A stretch of DNA of 63,514 nt, the filler included, from Octopus bimaculoides (taxonomy: Eukaryota): the NCBI RefSeq assembly GCF_001194135.2. It is 5 parts of 4 records of this genome, joined end to end, with 100 filler letters (N's around TTAATTAATTAA, not from the genome) between each part and the next. Parts side by side here need not be neighbours in the genome. Positions count along the whole stretch, not along the records: positions 1 to 16,151 come from NC_068987.1; positions 16,252 to 44,495 come from NC_068987.1; 3 more parts are not named here. One strand, 5' to 3'. The position numbers and the translations under genes are program-made. Shown here one piece after another: positions 12,705 to 25,489 of this stretch; position 1 is the stretch's first letter; the number at the start of each line of letters is the position of its first letter. Under the pieces are notes generated by a model. That model was not told the origin of the DNA, searched no databases, and was given only the letters and a program-made list of their open reading frames with translations.

Positions 12705-13620
12705 CACTATGTGACACAGTTTTGAGTTTTCTGAAACAAATGCTATTTCCTATTTGGTTAGATCTAGAAAGGATGAATTTTATTTACTTCAAACTTTGTT
12801 TTTGTCGCTAGGATAAACATATTTCTTAAGCTTAACTAATACTATTGAAAGTAGGATCAAAACAACATGTAATTCAAAAGTGCCATTTATTTATTCTAGG
12901 ATTGCAGAAAAGATCCACAAAATATTTAGAAGCGAGTGGTTTTTCGTGATTTGCACTTATACTGTGAATTAGTTTCACGAATAAGCAACCAAATATAGTC
13001 TCTCATCATGCTTTCGTTATACAATCCTTGGTAATAGCGTTTAAAGTCCATTATATCTTGGTGGAATTACTCGCGTTGCTCTTGCTAGTGCGCTTCCATA
13101 TTTACCTTAAATTTATCAAGATTAACGTCAAGGATGCGGGGTTTGAGGGACATCCTACAGCCCATTTTGCCGTAGTTTTTCACCAGCGTCTCAACAAGCA
13201 CTACCTAAGTTTATGGCTTTTTGATTTCCCAGGAACCCTTGAACCACTACAACAAAGCTGTTCCACGCTGATTCCTATGTCTCAGTGAGCTTCTTGGGGA
13301 ATTCCTTGCACTCTAAGATCTTTATTTGTGAAGCGACGAAGACACCGGCTTTCACTTTTGCCTCAGAAAGCTTAGGGAAGAAGTCTTTAAGACATCTGAA
13401 GGCTGTAGACTCCTGATCTAGAGCCGAAACAAACTGTTTCATAAGACCCAATTTTATGTGCAGTGGAGGAAACAATACTTTCCAGGAGTTCAACAGTGGC
13501 TCCTATTCCATGTATATCTTCTCCACATTGAACGCGGTCCGCTGTGGCCACTCCCGCGTCTGAGTTTTCCTCTGTCGATGCAAAGAAAAATTCTCGAAGA
13601 GGTTGTGTCTTTGCTAATAC
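12705..13620 (-). mobile_element. Chapaev3-like (CMC superfamily) DNA transposon remnant: C-terminal transposase plus one terminus
   Basis: Minus-strand frames give WPQRTAFNVEK..EPLLNSWKVLFPPLHIKLGLMKQFVSALD..FFPKLSEAKVKAGVFV and AWNSFVVVVQGFLGN. The terminus CACTATGTGAC at 12705 is preceded by TTA, fitting a TWA target. Confidence 0.7.
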
Positions 13621-15099
13621 AACAGTATTTTTTCACTTTTTCTATAGAAAACTTTCTTTTCTGAGGTCCAAGCAGTTGAATTTACGGTGCCATTCTTAGA
13701 TATATAATGTGAATAGAAGGAAAAGAAAATGATTTCAGAACTAAAGAGAGCTGGAACTGATAACAGAAGCAGAATCACTTCATTTAATCCTGCTTCTGGT
13801 ATACAAAGTCATGTAATTTATGAATACTTCTGTTAAACCTATGTATTTGCCAGATAAGCAGATCTGCTGCTAACGTTAATCAGAATTTAATAAAAAAGAG
13901 TTCAAGTGATTAACAGCGAATCAACGACTACAAATTAAGGATTTCATTTCTATGAAGTTACTTTTCTCCAAAATTATATTTCACTTTCATGGAAACAAAA
14001 AGGTGCGAGAAACGTTTCAGAAAATATAATTTGAGAAGAAATTTTATCTCCTTGATGTTTCTAAAATTCAAAGCAATGACGATACGTGAACATACACAAC
14101 TTTTAATTTTATATGTTTGTAGATGCACTGGCGCTAATCATTTTGCGAGGGAAGAGGGTACTCTGGATAACAATTAACATATGTTGCTATTAGTTATGAT
14201 CCTTGAGTTTATTTCTTGTTTTGACTCTTTCTATTAAAAAACAAAATATACTTCTATGCATAGTCAGGTAGGTACTTATGGTAGTAGACCGCCGCTGAAA
14301 TAACTAGTATTTAACAGTGATAGACGGTATAGACAATTTGAAAGATAAAGATTAGCATAACTGGAAAAAAAATTGCAGAATTGCACCAGCAACAGTGGCA
14401 GGTACTAAATCACTGTCATTGCTAAAATTTTTTTGCGAATGACAAATTTATATTTCCCTTAAAGAAAACAACACAAAAATAACAGTAAAAACAAACGATA
14501 ATACATCAAAGAAAGAAAAAAGAATTTAAGACAGATACATTTTTAAACATTTTAAAAAAATCGAAAAATATTAACAGAAAGCAAAATCATTAAAATTATA
14601 TTCGAAAACTTCAGGCGATCTTTTGTTTTAGAGACATAGTATGTGAAATAGAAATGAAAATGAAGCTAAAATGACTTATCTACCCAGAATAACCACAGCG
14701 AATAAGTTAATGCATAAAAGTAGGTTATCATTGTAGATTTCTGTATCTTTTCATTTTCAGGAGCATTGTTTAGTTATTAATATAGCATTTATTATAAATG
14801 AAGATAAGCAAATTATTTTTTGGTACATTCTCCGTTATTGTTACTTTCGCCAACATCACTGTTTCACTTACATGGCCTTAAATCAAAATGAACTCGTCAC
14901 AACATCACATCTTCGTTGCAAAAGACCTTTGTTACTGACAAAACGACTCTTTCCCCCCAAATTGACTTAGACTAGTGTCCCGAGAGATGCCATTGTGATT
15001 GACAAAAGTGAATCTAGAATTCGCTAAATCATATAGCTTTCAAAGTACTTGCGGAATATGCACAACGAATCTTACTATCATTGAAAATAGCAAGATAAG

Positions 15100-16151
15100 A
15101 CATAATGCTGAGGTGGGAGTAAACTTCGAACACGGCAACTCGATCTGGCCAGCATACCGCGGCTGGCCGACCTCCCACTTTCAACCTATCATTTTCGGGG
15201 CATGGAACATCCGCACTCTCCAGGACAAGAGTGACATTAATCTTCCGAAGCAACGTACAGCCTACGTCTGCAAAGAACTTGCTCGCTCCAACATCGATGT
15301 GGTAGCCTTGAGCGAGATTAGTCTCCCCGGAGAAGGTAGAATTAAAGAAGCTAGCTCCAAATCCCAACGAACCACGCATACATAGAGTTGCTCTTGCCAT
15401 CAAAACGCAACTTGTGGTCCAACACGGACTCGTCCCGACGGCTGTCAACAAGCGCCTGATGAGTGCTCGGATCCCGCTCATTCGGGACAGAGAATTTACA
15501 ATGATCTCTGTGTACACCCATACTGTCACGTCTGAAGACGACGTCAAGGCTTCGTTCTACGACCTGCTGGACCGCACCATCCAGGCAGTCTCCACGCATG
15601 ACAAACTCGTCGTGTTGGGGAACTTTAACGGCAGCGTCGGCAGTGGTAATTGTTTGTAGAACAGAATTTTTGGTCATTGGGAAATCCAATGCCAATAACC
15701 AGCTTCTCCTGAGTCTTTGCACCGTCATCATCAACTCTTTATTTCGTCTTCCTACCCGACAAAAGACGACTTGGAAACACCCACAGTCTAAATACTGACA
15801 TATCCTCAACTACGTTCTGACTAACTCCAGGGAGAGAGGAGATGTACACATACCCGCTCCATGCCTGGTGCAGATGACTGCTGGATGGATCACCGCCTTC
15901 TTATTTCTGACCTTGACATCAAGATCCGCCCTCCACTAAAACGGGTATCAGCAAACATCCCTTGCCGACGCTTCGACGCACAGGAAGCCCAAAACTTCAA
16001 GAAGCCCAAAACTTCAAGAAGCCCATTGAGATACACATGATGGACCTCTCAGAGCCGGCCTCTATGGTTCGCTGGACCATCCTTCTTGAAGCCATAACCG
16101 TTGACGCCGAGGGGATGATCGGCTTTCTCCAGAAGAAGAACCAAGACTGGT
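15100..16151 (+). mobile_element. RTE (BovB-like) LINE 5' part, disrupted APE endonuclease
   Basis: FGAWNIRTL..RTAYVCKELARSNIDVVALSE; RLMSARIPL..ISVY..FYDLL..DKLVVLGNFNGSVG; TTWKHPQSK; DDCWMDHRLL. Frameshifts present; internal 17-bp duplication at 15984-16017; ends at an assembly gap. Confidence 0.85.
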
Positions 16152-16251
16152 NNNNNNNNNNNNNNNNNNNNNNNNNNNNNNNNNNNNNNNNNNNNTTAAT
16201 TAATTAANNNNNNNNNNNNNNNNNNNNNNNNNNNNNNNNNNNNNNNNNNNN

Positions 16252-16315
<64 letters not shown>

Positions 16316-16972
16316 TTTATATACTTGCACGTTATCACAATGCACTAAAATGCACTAATAACACATCCATAAATAACGTTCTTTCATATTTACTTTGCTT
16401 ATTCAACCCCGACTTGATAAATACGAAGGGGGACACTGGTTGACCCCATTTGTCTATTTCCCCCCTTCATTTAGATTTTCTCGAAATCTTACCTTCTTCT
16501 TTCTTATCGCCTCCAACTCCAGAACTCTCTCCTCCTCCATATCCACTCCTATTTATACCACCTTGATTATCACCTCCTACTCTTTTCCATCTCTTCTGAA
16601 CAATAATGCTCGTCTATTTCCATTTGTATTATTTCCCATTTTCTTTCTTACCGTTTCTTTTGATTGCCTCTGGATCTCATCTGAGATTGTTTCCGCACTC
16701 AACACTTTCAGTTTTCCTCCTTCAAACACTCCTCTTACAGTTCCTCGATATTGCACATATTTTATTTTTCTTTTATCCATTCTTCTTTTTTAAAGTATCT
16801 TCTTTCCGTCTTCTTTTCTAACCACATCTTTCTTCTGTGAGAGCGAGAGCTGAAAGCACTGCTTATGCTATAAGGAGACAATAAGTGAATTATGGATTCC
16901 TGTTCTAACGATCAGATCCATTTTTATTGTTGTCCAATAAGATCACCCAATCAGAATATCTGCGCGCGCACA

Positions 16973-17013
<41 letters not shown>

Positions 17014-17414
17014 ACAGACGCACACACACAAACGCGCGCGCGCATACTACATTAGACTATGCTACACATCACACCATTGGCATATGTCTAAGTGTTCACG
17101 GATATGCAATGAGTCCTACTTGTTGCTCCGGATTCTTCTCTTCCCCCCTCTCTCCTTCTCTCTTGCCCTCTCTTTCTTATTATCTATGTACCTCTATCGA
17201 ACAGGGTCTGTGTATATTTTCCATTATTTTTCATATCTTATGTACACCTCACACAAGTATAACATCTACGTACGATTATGGAGTACTGGAATATACAAAT
17301 GTACTTCATGAGGACACAGCTTGGATTATAACTCCAAACACATTTCTATGTATATACACACACATATATGTATGCATGTATGTATGTATGTATGTATGTA
17401 TGTATGTATGTGTG

Positions 17415-17870
17415 GAGTGGAGTGAAAGTGGATTGATGGAACCAAGACGACCCATGCGAAACTCAAAATAATTTGTTTCTATAAGATTCTACGATCAAGG
17501 AGAAAATTAACCCCAACAACCGTTTTGTGTGCACAATTTGTGACACACCATGCCTTTCTTTTGCAGGGTGCAAATCTCATTAGCAGACCAATGAAAAACG
17601 AATCTCCACTAATTACTTTGTCTATCTGTCTGTACATACCTGTCAATGCCATGTATGCCATAGTGTCTGCAAATCGAACGGAAGCCTCAAAAGGTATTTT
17701 AAGATCCACAAAAATCAGAAGTAAACTGCAGCTCTTGGTGGTTCAAAGGAGATATGCAATTTATGTCGATAACTTTTCAAAATATTGTCCGATTTAAAAA
17801 GCCACATCAGAGGCCATGATAGATCTAAGGTGTTAGTCAAACTTTGTATAAGGAGTAGACAACCACCATG
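17415..17870 (+). mobile_element. RTE LINE 3' end encoding three degenerate C2H2 zinc fingers
   Basis: One frame with point stops: CTICDTPCLSFAGCKSH*Q, CHVCHSVCKSNGSLKRYFKIH, CNLCR*LFKILSDLKSHIRGH. Upstream HAKLK motif in another frame. The 3' end GAGTAGACAACCACCATGTAT resembles the RTE-type ends at 22700 and 57480. Confidence 0.65.
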
Positions 17871-17999
17871 TATATATGTGTTTCCCACTAGCTTGGTCCC
17901 AGTTTCCACTCGTAAGTTTTCAGTGAGCAGAGACATACTCAAGTTGCTTCTTAACCACTGTACATTTTATTACTCTGGTCTGATAAAAGGGTGGTGAGC

Positions 18000-18440
18000 T
18001 GACAGAAATATCACTGCACCAGATGTAATGTTTACTGGCATTATTTCCGTATTTATGTTCTGAGTCCGAATTCCGCCGACGTTGATTTTCGATTTTGCTT
18101 TTCATCCTTTCGGGTCGGATATAATAAGTATCAGTCGGAACTGGAGGCCGATGTTAATGACTAATCCCCTTTCCTCCAATGTTTCAGGCTTTGTGCCAAT
18201 AGCAGAAGGAATTATTATGGTGCAACATAAGGCGGCGAATTTTCCGAATCATTAGAACATCAGACAAAACGCTTACTGGCACTTCTTCCGGTCCTTTGTA
18301 TCCTGAATTCGGATCCACCGAGGTCGGTTTGACGTTTTATCCTTCGAGAACAATAAAATAAGTACCTATTGATCACTAGGATCAATGCAATCGACTAATC
18401 CCATCGCCACAAATCTGCTGGCCTTGTGCCAAAATTTGAA
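18000..18440 (+). mobile_element. Two tandem SINE family B copies
   Basis: Repeated TGAGTCCGAATTCCGCCGAC../TGAATTCGGATCCACCGAGG.. and TCCTTTCGG/TCCTTCGAG..ATAAGTA segments. Confidence 0.65.
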
Positions 18441-18856
18441 ATTGTTTGAAGTCACATTTATTGCCTGACATTTGTTTGCTATAAACTTGATTAGGAAATC
18501 ATACCTTTGAATCGACTCGCTTTTGCCTTATTTCTGGATGTGGTTGTTCATCCTAGTTGTGAAATTCTTCCAGTGTAGGTGTTGACAAAATCAGATCCAT
18601 ATAGATTTTCTGTTCCTTTACCCTTACCTCAACTATTAGTTGTTTCCCCTTCTCTCTTGCTATATTGCTAGCCCACTCATACATTCTCACTTATTATCAG
18701 ACATTAAATGTAGTCTACAATAGTAAACAAGTTAATTGAAACAAAGTGAGCAATATAGATACACGGCTTATTTTGTTAGAAAATAACTTTCCTTTAGAGG
18801 AATAATTAAGAAAAAATATTGTCATTGCAATTCATTTGCAAATCATTTATTTAGAA

Positions 18857-19176
18857 CAGGAGCTCTCAACCGGGGTCCACATAGACCCCGGGGGTGAAGA
18901 TAATACATTTTTGTGGGCGGGGGTCCATGGATGCAATATAAGGTGGTGGCTCACGGTAATTTATCAGGTTTCATGTAAAAGTTGTGCTTGAGACCAGTAA
19001 AGTGTATGTGCAATAAATTGGTCATACGTCCACAATACACAAAATATTTTAACAATTACTTTTATACAATTCCTACTAGTATTTAATTAAAAAGAACATC
19101 GAATGGCTATGGCAGTCCACCCAAAGAAAATGAGAATCAAATGGGTCACTGGACAAAAAATGTTTGGGAACCCCTG
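18857..19176. mobile_element. Non-autonomous hAT element (MITE, Charlie/Buster-like)
   Basis: Imperfect TIRs CAGGAGCTCTCAAC / TTTGGGAACCCCTG; perfect 8-bp TSD ATTTAGAA at 18849-18856 and 19177-19184. Confidence 0.9.
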
Positions 19177-19406
19177 ATTTAGAACAATTACATATATACA
19201 ACTACTAGAAGTTATTTGATTGTCAACGTTAATTAGGTAAGGCTTTACGTATGATGCTTAAATGCAATTACTGTGATTACATGCACTAAGTAACTGAACA
19301 TTTGTAGCTAGCTCAGTAATGTTTAGTTTCCTAGACCGGACGTTTTAGGAAAAGACTGCAGCAAGACCGTGTCACGATATTAATTCCTAGCCGTTATAAT
19401 ATCCTG

Positions 19407-19455
<49 letters not shown>

Positions 19456-19714
19456 CTAAATATACTGAGTGGAGAATGTCGACCATAAGACCGGAAGTGT
19501 TTTTTTTTCTAATCTATATAAAACATCTGGATTTGATCTACGTAAGAAATCTTTATTTTGAGCTTGTGTTCGCTGGTAATATTTTAGCAGAAGGTAAACT
19601 GTTCTCTGTTAGAAATACGGTAAATTTTTAAATGTAAACGATTGAAAGTCAATGGTTTTGTCGGTAGCATTGCTAGAGTTTAAAACTTACAACCATGATA
19701 GTATTTTTATATAG

Positions 19715-19837
19715 CACATAGAGACTGTTTGACCTCGTATGCCAATGGAAATATTTCCATTGATGCTCATGAAGTAAAGGAAGATAAATTTGAAGGAGTT
19801 TACAGCTGTCTGAAAGCAGAGGGCACCAAAAGTTTCT
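19715..19837 (+). CDS. Candidate host exon, phase 1-1, 123 nt, extracellular module (Ig-like GxYxC or degenerate EGF-like)
   Basis: Acceptor TTTTATATAG, donor GTAAGT; open frame HRDCLTSYANGNISIDAHEVKEDKFEGVYSCLKAEGTKSF; length divisible by 3. Confidence 0.35.
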
Positions 19838-22110
19838 GTAAGTGCACGTGACAATGGAAAATATAGAGCAATTTGAAAAGCACTGAAAGAGCATTAACTT
19901 TTGAAATGTCTGAAAATTGGCGCCATGTCCAACGAATAAAGTACTGACAGCAGACTTAATGTAGAATTCTAAAACGTTTCCTGTTTTTAATCATATTTAA
20001 GTATTTTGCAAATATTTATTTATTTTTTGGTAAATTCATTTGTGTTGGATTTATTCTATTCTTCTAGGATTACTTTAAGAGATTTCACTATCTTAAACTG
20101 TGCTGCTGCAGATAACATATTTTATAACATATCTTTGGTCAACTTCAATATTCTACACTATACGAAAGTAACACAATTAAACAGTACAATATTATATTGT
20201 ACTTCTCATCAGTGCTACAGACCCTATGCTCAATCCATTATATTACACAATACAAGTTTGTTTACCTGCTAAAATTTATGTCATCAGGTACGATGTCTTG
20301 AATATTTTCAAACAAAAATGTAAATTAGATAGAATTATGCTATCAGTTCTAGTGTTTCGGATTCAAATCTGTCGCTAGTGTCTTATTAGGAATTATCCAA
20401 GTAGCATACGTAATTCTGAAGCGCTATCAGGAATTGTACAAAATCCGCTTCGAAGAAAAGGATTTATTTCTCGTCTACCTGTCACCATAAACTCTAATCG
20501 AAATACATGTTCTTACCAGCTGCTTCTTCGGAAACAATCTCATTTTATGCCAGTGTCTAAAATGATGTAATTAAATGGAAACAATTCTTCTTCATGTAAG
20601 CGATGTCTATCCAGGTACAAATATGTAAATGTTATTGCAGTCAACATATTAGTGGTAGACAAGACAATATAGATTGGTGTATTGTTTTTCTCTTCAGTAT
20701 AATTTTGCCACAGGTCAGATTTGGTCAAGCAGACACATGATGAAAAGCATTCTGTATCCGTTCTACATTTTCCTAGTTTATCTCAAGCTATATTATTCAA
20801 TATGCTTTTGCAAGTGCGTAGATGGCGATGTGAGAGATATGTGGAAACTTTTTCTGGCAGGTCAACAGAACATGTAGTGCAACTTTCATTTGTTCACTGT
20901 CCATTTATTCATACATCACTGTGTATTTTGGTATGGAGTATTAGCAATATACCGTTTCAAATCATATAATCTTTTAACAATGTGTGCTTCAATCCTAGAA
21001 GTACTTATAAAAAATTAAGTATATTTCTGAGCTAATATAACGTTTTCAGAATGTAGCAGACCTATGGAGTTCTTGCAGTACATATTCAGTTTCAATTATT
21101 ATTTTTTTTTTTTATATTGATTAATATATGTAAGGAAAAAAATGTAAACAGGGAAAGGAGTTTCAAGCGACTGCAGTTCCGAGAACTCCCTCTCCCAGAT
21201 ATATGTACAGAATTTGTAACGTAGTCACTGTAAAAATATTAGAACAAGTGACCAGTTTTCAAGGCCTCTGCAACCTGTAGAGGACAGAGAGAAAATTAAA
21301 AATCCTCAGTCATCCTCAGATCGTAGGATTACTCTGAATACCTTCAACTGAATGGACTCCGCTATAGGGGACCAAGGGTCAAGCAGTGGTACTGAGACGG
21401 GTGATGGTTTATATCTGCTAATGAATGTGAATGACAGTTACTCGCTATTCGACTGTTTTCCATTTATCTTTCCTATTTCACAAAGAAGCTCTTGATCTGG
21501 TGAGGTTTCAATAGAAAACATATTCCCCAATGACTTCATTCAGTAGGATCATTGGGGGAGACAAAAACAATTAGATAATGTTATAGATGTGATGTGTGTA
21601 TGAGAGATTGACATGTAGACGAGATCCAACGTTTCAGCAACTTAATTATTAGATATGAATATTTAGTTGTAAGTTCTTGAAGTTCAAAGACCACGTGCTG
21701 CAAAATATATTTTCTGTGAACCGACTCTCATGGGTCCTTTGACAGAGACTTGCTTGTTGCGTTTGCTTTAGAGCATATTTTAAAAGAAGCTGATCACAGA
21801 ATTACCATAAGACTAGAGTGTAGTCCTTATGTGGATGTAGAATACCATGATGATGTTGAAATTCCAATAGAGGAGCCTTGGATCTAGTTTAGAAACCGGC
21901 TCTTTGTCTATTGGCAAGAAATCTTGAAATGAAACTGAACAATGGCATACATACATATGGATATTACATATAAATAGAAACATATTTACTATCAACATAT
22001 GAATACAAATGTAACCAAACAGATACACGCATTCACTTTCTTTCTTTCTCTTTCTCTCTCTCCCCTTCTTTCTTTCTCCCCTCACTTTCTCTCTCTCTCT
22101 CTCTTTCTCT

Positions 22111-22152
<42 letters not shown>

Positions 22153-22313
22153 CACTCAATTGTGGTTTTATGTGTGCGTCTGATTACATTTATGTGTACA
22201 AAACATACATGTATATTCGTATATATACATATATTTCTTTATATATGCATAATTATGTATTAATATGTACATACACACACATACGCACATATATATATAT
22301 ATATACATACATA

Positions 22314-22351
<38 letters not shown>

Positions 22352-22694
22352 NNNNNNNNNNNNNNNNNNNNNNNNNNNNNNNNNNNNNNNNNNNNNNNNN
22401 NNNNNNNNNNNNNNNNNNNNNNNNNNNNNNNNNNNNNNNNNNNNNNNNNNNNNNNNNNNNNNNNNNNNNNNNNNNNNNNNNNNNNNNNNNNNNNNNNNNN
22501 NNNNNNNNNNNNNNNNNNNNNNNNNNNNNNNNNNNNNNNNNNNNNNNNNNNNNNNNNNNNNNNNNNCTCTTCCGATCTATATATGAGAAGATAAGATGCC
22601 AAACGAATAATTAGCGTATGAACTTAGTTTACAGTTGTTTCTGCTATAAGATGCAGTGGATACTTAACTGAGTGTCTGAGTAACACTTCATAGC

Positions 22695-22940
22695 TTATAT
22701 ATATGATCGCTGACCACTCGTGATCCAGGAAGACCATCACTAAGCATTGTCCATACTAAATGCCAGGTATACTTGTGCAGCCGTAGTCAGCTTTAGATAG
22801 GCTCGCGTCCGAGGCTTCCATGCACGCTGCGGCGCTATTCGACCAGAACAGGCATCGGAAATCGACTCGCCAGGAATTACACAATCTAACATTTTAGGTG
22901 CAATAAGACTTGCACAGCACCTCACAGTGGGCTGGAGAAA
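22695..22940 (-). mobile_element. RTE LINE 3' terminal fragment
   Basis: Minus strand ends GATGGTCTTCCTGGATCACGAGTGGTCAGCGATCAT, similar to the terminus at 57478-57551. Confidence 0.5.
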
Positions 22941-23369
22941 TGTGGAAGTGCTTTACTCTCAAGCACAAGCAGAAGTTCCCCAAAATTTTCATTTCCTGCT
23001 TATTTGGTTTCATATCAAAGTAACTTCTTAGAGACATGCTCTAACAAAAGCAAGTGGATACCTCAGTCCCAGTGGTCTTACAGCATGCCGAACATTATCT
23101 CGAAATTTCTGAGTGTCCGTGCTATGGCTAGATAGTTTATTCCTCCTTTGCTTTTGTCCCGCTCGATTTTTAGCAACTCTTCTCATCAGGTAGGTCTAGT
23201 CGGTGTACATGTTACTTGTAGAGAACTCACGACGCACCACAGAAGTGACCTAACCATAACAAACACACATGCATGCCCCCCCCCCACACACACATGGATA
23301 CACTCACATACTCACACACACACACAATTGTTTGTTCGTTTGTCATCTTATCTTCTCATATATATATAT

Positions 23370-23490
23370 TGAAGAGCGTAGCTCGAAACGTCAAAGACTT
23401 TCCGTATTCCCGAGCGTCATACTAATATATCCTTTTGTTATTTACACCACCTGTCCTCGTCTGTTGTTATTATTTGTATATTCTCCCATA
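23370..23490 (+). mobile_element. Probable PLE terminal-repeat fragment with degenerate minimal hammerhead core
   Basis: TGAAGA-GCGTAGCTC-GAAACGTC directly after (TA)n; palindromic ACGT with a GUC triplet; C3 and the 5' strand of stem I are missing. Confidence 0.45.
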
Positions 23491-24298
23491 TATAAATATA
23501 CATATATATATATATACACGCACGCACGCACACACGCGCACACACACACGGACAAGAACACACACATATATATCTATATACATATACATAGGCCGGTTTA
23601 TTATTTCAGAAGTAGACTGTCAACATTTCATAAAATATACATATACAGAATCCTCTACTCTCCCACGCGTATTGAGTTCTATATTATTTTATGTTTGCTG
23701 TATGTAAAATAAATTTCAATATACCTTACAGCTCTTACATTGTGATATACACATACACACATACTACATAAATACCTACAGTCATATATACATATGCATA
23801 CATATATTAATGTGTGTGTATGTGTGTGTCTGTGTGTGTGTTGGCGCGCGTATGCAGTTATCTTACGCATACAGATATTGGACGCATACACACCTCCTAC
23901 ACACAGATGCATACACACTCAGCCACGAACAAAGAATACTAAATAAAAAGGAGAAATTGTTAGTATGAAAGTTCAATAGATTATTTCAGAAACAAAACCA
24001 CGACCCCATGGACAAATAAATAACAGTAGCTGGCGTCATTCGAACCATTGTAATAATAAAGATAAATAAATCTATATTAATGGATGAAAGCAAGAAAAGA
24101 ACAATAGTGAAACAGCAGCAACAACAACAATAACAATAACAAGTAAAAAATTTGTGGACGAAGCAACAATGATGTTAGGAACAGTAATTACAGTACAAGC
24201 AACAACAACAAAAGTGAATATATGAACAAAATAAAACAACAAATGTAATATAAATAAATATAAAAAGAAGAGAAACATATATCTAATATATATATATG

Positions 24299-24347
<49 letters not shown>

Positions 24348-25047
24348 NNNNNNNNNNNNNNNNNNNNNNNNNNNNNNNNNNNNNNNNNNNNNNNNNNNNN
24401 NNNNNNNNNNNNNNNNNNNNNNNNNNNNNNNNNNNNNNNNNNNNNNNNNNNNNNNNNNNNNNNNNNNNNNNNNNNNNNNNNNNNNNNNNNNNNNNNNNNN
24501 NNNNNNNNNNNNNNNNNNNNNNNNNNNNNNNNNNNNNNNNNNNNNNNNNNNNNNNNNNNNNNNNNNNNNNNNNNNNNNNNNNNNNNNNNNNNNNNNNNNN
24601 NNNNNNNNNNNNNNNNNNNNNNNNNNNNNNNNNNNNNNNNNNNNNNNNNNNNNNNNNNNNNNNNNNNNNNNNNNNNNNNNNNNNNNNNNNNNNNNNNNNN
24701 NNNNNNNNNNNNNNNNNNNNNNNNNNNNNNNNNNNNNNNNNNNNNNNNNNNNNNNNNNNNNNNNNNNNNNNNNNNNNNNNNNNNNNNNNNNNNNNNNNNN
24801 NNNNNNNNNNNNNNNNNNNNNNNNNNNNNNNNNNNNNNNNNNNNNNNNNNNNNNNNNNNNNNNNNNNNNNNNNNNNNNNNNNNNNNNNNNNNNNNNNNNN
24901 NNNNNNNNNNNNATATATATATATATCACATATATATATCATATATATGTGTATGTATGTATGTATTTGTTTGTATGTATGAATATATGTATGTTTGTAC
25001 GTATGTATGTATGCATGTATGTATGTATGTATGTATATATGCATATA

Positions 25048-25091
<44 letters not shown>

Positions 25092-25385
25092 GAATATACG
25101 TGATGATGAATATGATGAGGGTTATGATGTTTTTTTTTGCTTTGTTTCTTTGTTGTGAAGGCTTTGGCGTAGCCAATGGTGTTGGTGAAGGTGTTGGTGT
25201 CTTGGTGCTGGTATGTGTGTGTGTGCCTAAAAACAATAAAACTGGTGGCAAAGCTGACGCTCTGCGCAGAACAACATCAATACAGAGAAAAAAATAACCA
25301 ATAACATGATGAAGTGTTGTAGGTGTGTAGATAACAAAGCGTGAATCTCCTTCACCAATACAGAAACTCCTCTTATTTCGTGCCT

Positions 25386-25429
<44 letters not shown>

Positions 25430-25489
25430 TTCAAGGTTCTTATTTAAAAAATTTTGAATTGGTTAATCGAATATATTTCGTGTTTTTAG

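Noticed and set aside
16196-16207. TTAATTAATTAA inside N runs (also 44540-44551, 57596-57607, 62232-62243)
   Set aside because: An identical 12-mer centred in 100-bp gaps, with stops in all frames: a scaffolding spacer, not biology. Adjacency across these joins is uncertain.
16395-16830. Purine-rich minus-strand ORF-like text
   Set aside because: No recognisable domain; possibly a very old LINE remnant, but it cannot be supported.
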